The notes below the pieces were generated by a model. It had not been told where the DNA came from and ran no database searches. It saw nothing but the letters and a program-made list of their open reading frames with translations. Shown here piece by piece: positions 47,832 through 54,870 of a DNA stretch of 60,420 nt (position 1 is the first letter of the stretch; each line of letters begins with the position of its first letter). The position numbers and the translations under genes were made by a program. Location of the stretch: IMG/VR virus record IMGVR_UViG_3300027762_000011, positions 1 to 60,420 of that record; one strand, given 5' to 3'. Source of the stretch: a virus (lineage: Duplodnaviria; Caudoviricetes).

Positions 47832-48420
47832 TGATGATTTCCCGTAAAATCTTTTTAAATTGAAATACATCAATATTTATGAAGGGCATATATTTTTTAA
47901 TCTTTAAACTAACAGTTTCCCATACTGGATCCAGTAGTTTTTTATCAAAATCTTTTGAGAAATGAAATACCTTGTCGTAGATTGTTAAAGTTTCTAAAGA
48001 CAACTTGCCACTTAGAAACCTTTTGAGAACTGGTGGGTGTCCTTTGGAACAGTTCAGAGCATCCTCTAATTTGGTCTCCAAGAAGAATTCGTTGCTTTGT
48101 TCCTTGAATAAGTAAGTCAAACTCTGCTGCCTTCGCATCCAATCTGCGTAAGTCCTTTCTCCAGAATTGATAATTTCTCCAATCCATAAGTTCTGTGGGT
48201 TGTCTGCTGCTACAAAGTTTGATACTAGAAAATCTACGACTTCTTTATCAGAATACCTGCGACTTGTTTTCTCAAACCAGTATTTGTCACGTCGTTTGTT
48301 GAACGAAGTGATACTGGCACGAGTCTTCGCACCATATTTAAAGAAGTCGTATTTTGGATTTGTGAAATGATTTTTAAGTGACAAATAATGTTGATAAGTT
48401 TCAAAAGGCGTCACGATCAT
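47824..48420 (-). CDS. gp59: Helicase loader gp59
   Basis: YLSLKNHFT..KYDFFKY...F.KRRDKYWFEK. Confidence 0.9.
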   Translation of the reverse strand: MIVTPFETYQHYLSLKNHFTNPKYDFFKYGAKTRASITSFNKRRDKYWFEKTSRRYSDKEVVDFLVSNFVAADNPQNLWIGEIINSGERTYADWMRRQQSLTYLFKEQSNEFFLETKLEDALNCSKGHPPVLKRFLSGKLSLETLTIYDKVFHFSKDFDKKLLDPVWETVSLKIKKYMPFINIDVFQFKKILREIINE

Positions 48421-48677
48421 AAAGGCAATTTTGCTCTAGAAGTTTTTTTCATGAAGTTAAGACGAGTTGCGTCCCACTTTAACCTTTCTTTAAGTGGCTT
48501 TGAAATCAATTTCGTAACAGATTCTATTTCAAGATTATTGATTTCACAATAATAACAAATAGCATCAATATAATTCATCTGTTCTAATGCCACAATATGC
48601 TCAATTTCTAGAGCAAATTTAGAAGGTGTTAAAAACTTGTTTTCTATTGCTTTTTCTAATTCTTTATTCTGTTCCAT
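48417..48677 (-). CDS. gp33: Late transcription coactivator gp33
   Basis: KFALEIE...NYIDAI..YCE.N.LE.E...KLISKPLKERL..DA..LN; start trimmed to MEQNKE. Confidence 0.88.
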   Translation of the reverse strand: MEQNKELEKAIENKFLTPSKFALEIEHIVALEQMNYIDAICYYCEINNLEIESVTKLISKPLKERLKWDATRLNFMKKTSRAKLPL

Positions 48678-49344
48678 ATGATTCCAGTTTATCTCTAACA
48701 AACTCTCTAATATATTCTGTGAGAAGTTTGATGTACTTTGATTTGTCTCTTTCTTCATAAACGACGCATTCTCCATTTTCGCAAGCCATAATAATTACAA
48801 GTTTTTTGACGGGAATTTCTGTAAGTTCATAAAACATACAGGCATAAGCAGCACACTGAACAAAATAGTGCTCAATCCACTCCCGTGGTTTTGGTTTTTT
48901 AGATGTTTTAAAGTCGATTATCGCTAATTCGCCATCAAACTCTGCAATACAATCTACGGTTCCTGCTACTCCAAGAACTTTGCTGTACAAGGAACCTTCG
49001 AGGGTATAAATGTTATTTATACGATTTAAATCTGGTTTCGCAATTTTAAATAAAAATTCGGATAAAGGTTGAACTCCAGGAAGATTTTCGTTTTTAAGAT
49101 GATGTTCTACTAAACTATGCATATCAGTTCCTCGACTGGTTGCTTGTTTAGTAATTTTATTTGCTTTATCTTCTCCGATTTTTTTACGCCAGTTTGCAAA
49201 AAACTGGCGATTTTTGTGACTTATAACTGAGGTAATAGAAACTAATTTGAAAAGTTTTTCTATATCAGGAACCTTATAATAACGAATGCCATCTATAGTC
49301 TCCCTTTCAAGGAAAGGAAGATCCACATCAATATGATTAAACAT
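48664..49344 (-). CDS. PD-(D/E)XK exonuclease
   Basis: SITSVI...RGTDMH...AGTVDCIAE...IIDFKTS...YFVQCAAYA. Confidence 0.88.
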   Translation of the reverse strand: MFNHIDVDLPFLERETIDGIRYYKVPDIEKLFKLVSITSVISHKNRQFFANWRKKIGEDKANKITKQATSRGTDMHSLVEHHLKNENLPGVQPLSEFLFKIAKPDLNRINNIYTLEGSLYSKVLGVAGTVDCIAEFDGELAIIDFKTSKKPKPREWIEHYFVQCAAYACMFYELTEIPVKKLVIIMACENGECVVYEERDKSKYIKLLTEYIREFVRDKLESYGTE

Positions 49345-50099
49345 TAAAATCCTGCTTCCATTTTTGCAATAATGTATTCTTTGACAAGTCCAGAACGAAC
49401 AATATCATCTACACCAAATTCAATTATATCAAATGATGGCATTTTACGCAAGATAGACATAAAATCTATAATGCCATTGCGATCATTAGTTTTTACAAGG
49501 TCTGACTGAGTTGCATCGCCACAGAACATAATTTTTGAATTTTCCCCAATACGTGTAATGATTGAATCTAATTCATGACTTGTACAGTTTTGGAATTCAT
49601 CTACAATCACAATAGAATTATCAAGTGTAGTGCCTCTTAAGAATGAAGTGCTCCAGAACTTAATAGTTTCCTGAGATTTAAGATTACCATAGAGCATCTC
49701 GAATTCGGCATCGGATGGCATCTGGAACATATATTTTACCATATTCTTATAGGGAATTTGGTAAATATCAGATTTATCTTCATATGTTCCAGGAAGAAAT
49801 CCAATTTCACGAGTTGCTACCAGTGAACGAACAATATAAACTTTTTCATATGGAGATTTTTCATTTAAAACTTCATTAAGTGCGTTGTAGAGTGTAATAA
49901 AGGTTTTACCTGTTCCCGCACATCCATATGCAACTAAATGTTTTTGATTAGCATATGATTCAAAAAGTTTTTTCTGATTGTCCGTAAGAGGATCAATATC
50001 AATCAAATAATCAGAAGTTAGTGATTTTCTACGCTTCATTTGACGTGTTGTTAAACCAACGCCAATTGGTTGGTCATTCGTCCTTCTTTTTCTTGTCAT
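49344..50099 (-). CDS. phoH: PhoH-family ATPase
   Basis: GCAGTGKT, IGFLPG, FLRGTT, VDEFQN, GDATQSDL, DIVRSGLV. Confidence 0.95.
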   Translation of the reverse strand: MTRKRRTNDQPIGVGLTTRQMKRRKSLTSDYLIDIDPLTDNQKKLFESYANQKHLVAYGCAGTGKTFITLYNALNEVLNEKSPYEKVYIVRSLVATREIGFLPGTYEDKSDIYQIPYKNMVKYMFQMPSDAEFEMLYGNLKSQETIKFWSTSFLRGTTLDNSIVIVDEFQNCTSHELDSIITRIGENSKIMFCGDATQSDLVKTNDRNGIIDFMSILRKMPSFDIIEFGVDDIVRSGLVKEYIIAKMEAGF

Positions 50100-50100
50100 A

Positions 50101-50343
50101 CTAGATTTTTTTTACAGTTGAACCAGGAGCTTTTGATGCACGATCTAATACATCATTCCACCCAGGATTTTTGGAAATTAGTTTATTTTGCCAATCTCCA
50201 ACTTCTCCAGGAGTGGCACATCCTTCAGACCAATCTCTCTGCCATTCTGGATTGTCTTTATACCATTGCATAATGTTGTTAACACTCATCTCAACAACTT
50301 TTTTTTCACCTGTTTCTTTGTTTATAATGGGATATATTGCCAT
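50101..50343 (-). CDS. Conserved T4-like hypothetical protein (FmdB-like position)
   Basis: MAIYP..NKETGE...GWNDVL...PGS. Confidence 0.7.
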   Translation of the reverse strand: MAIYPIINKETGEKKVVEMSVNNIMQWYKDNPEWQRDWSEGCATPGEVGDWQNKLISKNPGWNDVLDRASKAPGSTVKKI

Positions 50344-50364
50344 AAGTTAAGAATTCAAGATAAT

Positions 50365-51003
50365 TTATTTAGACCATTCCAGTGCCTGTGCAACTGAAGG
50401 AAACTGTTCTTTGAAAATTTCTTTGCAAGCAAGAGCAATATCCATATGTTCTTTCTGAGTACCATTTGCTGAACGAAGATTGATATAATGAATCCATGAC
50501 CTGCAAGAACCGGACATATAGATGCGTGTGGGCGTTGCTAAGGGCAGTACAAACCTTGCACACTCCTTTGCTACCTCGACATCAAGAAGTTGCTTGTAGA
50601 GTTCCATACCCGCCTTAAAATGATCGTTGATCTTTAACCACAAATCTGCTTTAAGTTCTTCAGAAAGATCGTCAATAGAATTTTGACGGTTCTTAGTATC
50701 CTGACGACGAAGTTCTGGAACAGGAATTTCTTCACCTAGCAGTGAAGAATCTGCATAACGTTGCGAAAATTCTTGATATGTGAACGAACGATGACGCAAA
50801 ATTTGAGCCGCTATTCCACGATTCGTTTCAATCTCAAGACTCATAAAACTCTGTTCAAAAACAGACCAATGATTATGCTTAATGCAATAAGCAAGCAACT
50901 TGGCATAGTTTTCGTTGTCTTGATTCGCAGGGTTGCTAACTCTAGCAACATATGCCATTGTTTTTTCTGCATCGGGAGTTACACTGATGAGTTTTACTGT
51001 CAT
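50365..51003 (-). CDS. thyX: Flavin-dependent thymidylate synthase
   Basis: HWSVFE, QILRHRSFTYQEFSQRY, KECARFVLP, TQKEH. Confidence 0.97.
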   Translation of the reverse strand: MTVKLISVTPDAEKTMAYVARVSNPANQDNENYAKLLAYCIKHNHWSVFEQSFMSLEIETNRGIAAQILRHRSFTYQEFSQRYADSSLLGEEIPVPELRRQDTKNRQNSIDDLSEELKADLWLKINDHFKAGMELYKQLLDVEVAKECARFVLPLATPTRIYMSGSCRSWIHYINLRSANGTQKEHMDIALACKEIFKEQFPSVAQALEWSK

Positions 51004-51167
51004 TTTTTTCCAAATCCTTTTGATGTTTTTGCTTCAAGTTCTGAGAGTTCTTCTTTCAATGCTCGCAGTTGTTGTTTCATTTCTATGATTTTTTCTTCAG
51101 TATAAAGATGCTCTTGTTTTGTAAGTTTTTCAAGCAACTTTACTAGTTTTCGTGCTCTACTAGACAT
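51000..51167 (-). CDS. Small coiled-coil hypothetical protein
   Basis: MSSRARKLVKLLEKL...KGFG; start trimmed. Confidence 0.7.
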   Translation of the reverse strand: MSSRARKLVKLLEKLTKQEHLYTEEKIIEMKQQLRALKEELSELEAKTSKGFGKK

Positions 51168-51168
51168 A

Positions 51169-51330
51169 TTATTCAGAATCCTCAAAAATTTCGTCGTAAT
51201 CTAAAATTGGTTTTTTTCTCATTGGTTCTTTATCTTTATATGCAGAAACATCTGAATAAACTTCTGCTTTTAGAGAATCAACCAACAATTCAAGATTACG
51301 AACAATTAGTTTTAGTTTTTCTTTGTCCAT
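51169..51330 (-). CDS. Small conserved cyanophage protein
   Basis: MDKEKLKLIVRNLELLVDSLKAEVYSD...; start trimmed. Confidence 0.75.
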   Translation of the reverse strand: MDKEKLKLIVRNLELLVDSLKAEVYSDVSAYKDKEPMRKKPILDYDEIFEDSE

Positions 51331-51352
51331 TAAAATATTGTTCTCTCGCAGT

Positions 51353-51381
51353 ATCATACCACAAAAAAAGGAGGGAATCAA
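51353..51381 (-). promoter_or_regulatory. Sigma70 promoter overlapping a terminator
   Basis: TTGATT-N17-TATGAT with extended TG. Confidence 0.6.
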
Positions 51382-51390
51382 TCCCTCCTT
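51363..51390 (-). terminator. Rho-independent terminator
   Basis: AAGGAGGGA-TTGAT-TCCCTCCTT then T-run. Confidence 0.85.
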
Positions 51391-51401
51391 AAATTATTTA
51401 A

Positions 51402-51485
51402 TTACTTATAAATCATTTGAATAAACAAGGACAATATAGTAATAAACGTAACGGATGCAACTGTAATTTGTGCGATAATTAGCAT
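51402..51485 (-). CDS. 27-aa single-transmembrane micro-protein
   Basis: MLIIAQITVASVTFITILSLFIQMIYK; TAATG coupling, AGGAG SD. Confidence 0.65.
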   Translation of the reverse strand: MLIIAQITVASVTFITILSLFIQMIYK

Positions 51486-51580
51486 TACTTCGCTCCTACG
51501 TTTGCAAGAAGTGCCTGATAGCGTCTTTGTTCTTTTTGCTTTTGCTCTTTAATAAGTTGAAGTACATTAATTTTTTTCAT
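51485..51580 (-). CDS. 31-aa basic helical micro-protein
   Basis: MKKINVLQLIKEQKQKEQRRYQALLANVGAK; TGATG coupling, AAGGAGG SD. Confidence 0.7.
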   Translation of the reverse strand: MKKINVLQLIKEQKQKEQRRYQALLANVGAK

Positions 51581-51717
51581 CACTTATGCCCCTCCTTTAC
51601 AAACTTAACACCACGATAAGTTTCGTTGTATTGTTGGGGTTGTTGCATCATTTGCTGTTGGTATTCAATACGCTTTTGAGTGTCATATTCAACACCACGA
51701 TATACTACTTTAGACAT
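51580..51717 (-). CDS. DUF4278-family peptide (45 aa, two YRGV motifs)
   Basis: MSKVVYRGVEYDTQKRIEYQQQMMQQPQQYNETYRGVKFVKEGHK; AAGGAG SD at 51725-51730. Confidence 0.85.
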   Translation of the reverse strand: MSKVVYRGVEYDTQKRIEYQQQMMQQPQQYNETYRGVKFVKEGHK

Positions 51718-51748
51718 TAGGGTTCTCCTTAGTTTTTTAGGTTAAAGA

Positions 51749-51846
51749 GCGTTCCTTCAGTCGGCGTTTGCGTTCGCTATTTGCGAATAGCGAATGAACG
51801 ATCCGTTCCGCGTCGGCTTACTTCCGTCTGTTTTCCAGATGAACGT
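51749..51846 (-). ncRNA. Compound/tandem glutamine riboswitch (glnA/Downstream-peptide class)
   Basis: Two CGTTCA-hairpin...CCGAC...GGAACG units; E-loop halves GGAAGTAAG and TGAAG; directly 5' of a DUF4278 ORF. Confidence 0.82.
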
Positions 51847-51852
51847 AAGGTC

Positions 51853-51881
51853 ATTATAGACCTATTGCATTTATATAGCAA
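51853..51881 (-). promoter_or_regulatory. Sigma70 promoter for the riboswitch transcript
   Basis: TTGCTA-N17-TATAAT. Confidence 0.7.
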
Positions 51882-51884
51882 GTT

Positions 51885-51910
51885 AAAACTGTAACATCTG
51901 TTACAGTTTT
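51885..51910. promoter_or_regulatory. NtcA box within a perfect 12-bp inverted repeat
   Basis: AAAACTGTAACA-TC-TGTTACAGTTTT contains GTA-N8-TAC at 51891-51904. Confidence 0.75.
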
Positions 51911-51927
51911 AAAAAATCTTAAGGAGC

Positions 51928-51960
51928 AAAAAAATTGCCGGGATTTTTTCCCGGCAATTT
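51928..51960 (-). terminator. Rho-independent terminator
   Basis: AAATTGCCGGGA-loop-TCCCGGCAATTT followed by T-run. Confidence 0.85.
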
Positions 51961-51965
51961 AGGAA

Positions 51966-52322
51966 TCACTTCCTCTTTTTCTTTTCGGGTGACTTATAAC
52001 CCCAGAGTTTTGGGTTGACTCGTCCATATCCAAAGTCAATACTTTTTAAATTATCACGAAACTTATCCCAATACATATCAAATAAACGTGTTCTACTGCC
52101 TCGAGTAAGATCAAAACAAATTTTATCTTCCACAAAGTACTTTATGATATATGCATCATTAGGAGCATCTTTAGTACATACATCAGAATATGAACCATTT
52201 TCTATCATAATGTCACAACCATACCGTGACTTGCAAGTTTCTTTTTCTACTGATGTCCAATGGTCCATACGCTCTCTTGTATCTTGTGCTTTTTCAATTA
52301 CATCACGAAGTTTACTACTCAT
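51966..52322 (-). CDS. Conserved cyanophage hypothetical protein
   Basis: DLTRG....FDMYWDK...GRVNPKLWG; ATGA coupling. Confidence 0.75.
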   Translation of the reverse strand: MSSKLRDVIEKAQDTRERMDHWTSVEKETCKSRYGCDIMIENGSYSDVCTKDAPNDAYIIKYFVEDKICFDLTRGSRTRLFDMYWDKFRDNLKSIDFGYGRVNPKLWGYKSPEKKKRK

Positions 52323-52903
52323 ACACGATTTCCCCATTTAATATCTGGATATGCTTGTGCAACAATTTCTTTACTAATTTTGTATTTTGTTTCTAATTTT
52401 TTATCTTTAACAAGAGTTAAAATTTCTGCTTCAAGTGGATGAAGACCCTGAAGAATATTAATGAACATTGTTTCTCTACGAAGAGAACTCAGTCCATCAT
52501 TACCACCACGTATAAAATTATAAAACATTTTATACTCTTTTCTGATGGTAGTTTGTCCTTGATCATTCATGCCTAATGAGTTAGATCCCATCTCACCCAT
52601 TTTACTTACTGCGTCCTTTACCTTATCGCTTACAGTGCCACTGAATGAATTTTGCTCTCCAGTACTAGCATAAGGAACATCTCCCTCTGGAAGGGCAGAT
52701 ACAAGGCTTTCATCAAAGTTCCAAATAAAAATTGCTTTTAAAGAAGGATCTTCATATTTTTTAAGAAGTTCAATCTTTTTAGTATTAGTTCTTTGTTTAG
52801 AAATAACATCTAAAACTTCAAAAATAAAAGGATTAATTGGTAATTCTTTTACAGTTTGTTTTGAAGATGTTATATTATTCTTCGGTTTCGCTATCGTCGT
52901 CAT
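52319..52903 (-). CDS. Conserved T4-like cyanophage hypothetical protein
   Basis: WNFDES...LPEGDVPY...RRETMFINILQGLHPLEAEIL. Confidence 0.8.
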   Translation of the reverse strand: MTTIAKPKNNITSSKQTVKELPINPFIFEVLDVISKQRTNTKKIELLKKYEDPSLKAIFIWNFDESLVSALPEGDVPYASTGEQNSFSGTVSDKVKDAVSKMGEMGSNSLGMNDQGQTTIRKEYKMFYNFIRGGNDGLSSLRRETMFINILQGLHPLEAEILTLVKDKKLETKYKISKEIVAQAYPDIKWGNRV

Positions 52904-53105
52904 AATCGTAATCAGTATTTTCAAATCTAAAGGCTATAACTTCATCAGGAATTAAATTTCCCTGAGTATCAAACATTTCTGGATGAGGTCTTGGTATTTC
53001 CCGATAATTCATCATATATTCTCTAGCAACCCACCCAACTGTGAGACCCACTATAAGAAACAAAACGGTTAAAAATGAACCAAATACTAGACTAATTGCT
53101 AACAT
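52875..53105 (-). CDS. Small membrane protein
   Basis: N-terminal TM helix; HPEMFD..GNLIPDE. Confidence 0.75.
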   Translation of the reverse strand: MLAISLVFGSFLTVLFLIVGLTVGWVAREYMMNYREIPRPHPEMFDTQGNLIPDEVIAFRFENTDYDYDDDSETEE

Positions 53106-53301
53106 TTTTCTTACCTCGGGAAATTACTTTTTTCTTCCTAGATATGAAGGAAAATTCAAAATAGATAGTTGTTTCCCGATTGAGAAAGCAAACCATCTTT
53201 TCAAAGATAATATGGAACGGTTTGATTTGCTTTCTCTTTCCTCCATTAAGAATGAATTCAACACCACGATTTCTGTGGTTATTATTATTTATATTTGTCA
53301 C
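53092..53301 (-). CDS. Hypothetical protein
   Basis: ORF track; coupled to neighbours. Confidence 0.65.
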   Translation of the reverse strand: MTNINNNNHRNRGVEFILNGGKRKQIKPFHIIFEKMVCFLNRETTIYFEFSFISRKKKVISRGKKNVSN

Positions 53302-53537
53302 TTAATAATCTGGTTTTCCTTAAGAAAATTAATAGTATCTACACACCCACCAATTTTTTTGTCATTGCAAATTACTTGTGGGAATGTAGATCCTTCTCCA
53401 AATTCAGAATAAAATTCTTCTCTAGAGAAATTTTCTTCAAGAGTATACTCGACATATACCATATTTGTCAAGTTAAAAACTTTTTTTACTTTTTCACAGT
53501 AAGGACATCCTGGTTTTGAATATACAGTAAATCTCAT
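53298..53537 (-). CDS. nrdC: Glutaredoxin
   Basis: YSKPGCPYC, TFPQV, IGGC. Confidence 0.93.
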   Translation of the reverse strand: MRFTVYSKPGCPYCEKVKKVFNLTNMVYVEYTLEENFSREEFYSEFGEGSTFPQVICNDKKIGGCVDTINFLKENQIIK

Positions 53538-53541
53538 TGCT

Positions 53542-54867
53542 CTAAAATCCTAAGTGTTTTTGTCTTACAAAATCTAAGTTATAAAATGTATATGATAATG
53601 GTAATTGATCATTATTAAATGGATACTTATATGGGTTAGTATTAACCCAATCAATACCAGTGTGCCAATGTGGTCCCCACTTATAGTAAATATACCACAT
53701 TTCGTTCAAGATGCGACTGTGATGCATCTTACTTTCCAAAGATCTATCAACTCTCCAAGTTTGAGATCCTGTTGTTTCATAATCTTTTTCACCATGAAGA
53801 TATGGATACTCAACATTAACTCGCTTAATACCATACAACATTGTTCTAATATAGTAATCAACATCTTCAACATATGCTGGATAACAATTTTCATCAAATA
53901 AACCACATTCTTGAACAACCCAATCTTTCAACAAGAAAATATCCCAGGCACCCCTATTACCATGGACCATACCAACATTTAAATCTTTTGCTTTTTTAAG
54001 CATATTTTCCAAAAATCCTGGTGTAAATGCAACATCATGATTTGAAATAATCCAATATGGAGCATTCATACCACATTTAATAGTCATGTTCCAGGATCCA
54101 GAAACTCCGATATTTGCTGGCAGATGACAAACTTTTATCTGATTAATAAATGGGTGATTTTCCTTTGCCAAATTATCTAAATCCTCAGTTAATTCACCCC
54201 TACCATTATTATCAAATATAAAAACTTGGTCAACGGGATAATCAATACTATCAATTAACCTTTTAATCCAATGAAACCCATTTACGATTGGAATTCCAAT
54301 AACAGGAATTGGTTCTTTTTCGGATTCTTTTGTTTTTTTCAATCCCCAAAAATATAAATCTTTGGAGTTATGATTAACTTCAAAATAATAATAATCAAAG
54401 TGATCCTCAAAATTAATATGTTCACGAAAATCACTTTCATTTAAATTCCTGTAATAATCCCACCCAATATCAACCGTGAGTGGAGAATCCTCCGGACGTG
54501 TTCTCGTAGTTCCATGTTCTGCTCTTCCATCACTGGCACAAGTAAAAAATACCAAACCACCAGGACGACATAGTCTAACCATGTTTACAAATGTTTCAAG
54601 CCAATATGGATTATGCTCAAAACATTCTAATGAACAGACAACATCATAAGCATTATCTGGTGCATTATATTTTTGACCTTCACAAACTACATCAACACCA
54701 TCACCTGGTCCAACATCAACACCAACATAAGAACATTTTTCAAAAAAATCTCTTACGGTTCCGTTAATGTTTAAACTACCAATCTCCAAAACAAACTGGT
54801 CTTTAAAATATTTACCAGCCTTCTTTTTTAAATTTTCAACAAACTTTTTTTGTTCATTATGTGCCAT
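53542..54867 (-). CDS. SAM-dependent methyltransferase fused to GT2-like glycosyltransferase
   Basis: VLEIGS...YVGVD...ECFEH...RPGG; then IFDNNG...NIGVSGSWN...NHDV...GLFDE..YPAYVEDVDY. Confidence 0.82.
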   Translation of the reverse strand: MAHNEQKKFVENLKKKAGKYFKDQFVLEIGSLNINGTVRDFFEKCSYVGVDVGPGDGVDVVCEGQKYNAPDNAYDVVCSLECFEHNPYWLETFVNMVRLCRPGGLVFFTCASDGRAEHGTTRTRPEDSPLTVDIGWDYYRNLNESDFREHINFEDHFDYYYFEVNHNSKDLYFWGLKKTKESEKEPIPVIGIPIVNGFHWIKRLIDSIDYPVDQVFIFDNNGRGELTEDLDNLAKENHPFINQIKVCHLPANIGVSGSWNMTIKCGMNAPYWIISNHDVAFTPGFLENMLKKAKDLNVGMVHGNRGAWDIFLLKDWVVQECGLFDENCYPAYVEDVDYYIRTMLYGIKRVNVEYPYLHGEKDYETTGSQTWRVDRSLESKMHHSRILNEMWYIYYKWGPHWHTGIDWVNTNPYKYPFNNDQLPLSYTFYNLDFVRQKHLGF

Positions 54868-54870
54868 TTT

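Noticed and set aside
48664-49344. Cas4 or CRISPR function for the exonuclease
   Set aside because: Standard cyanomyovirus exonuclease between phoH and gp33; no clear Fe-S cysteine set or CRISPR context.
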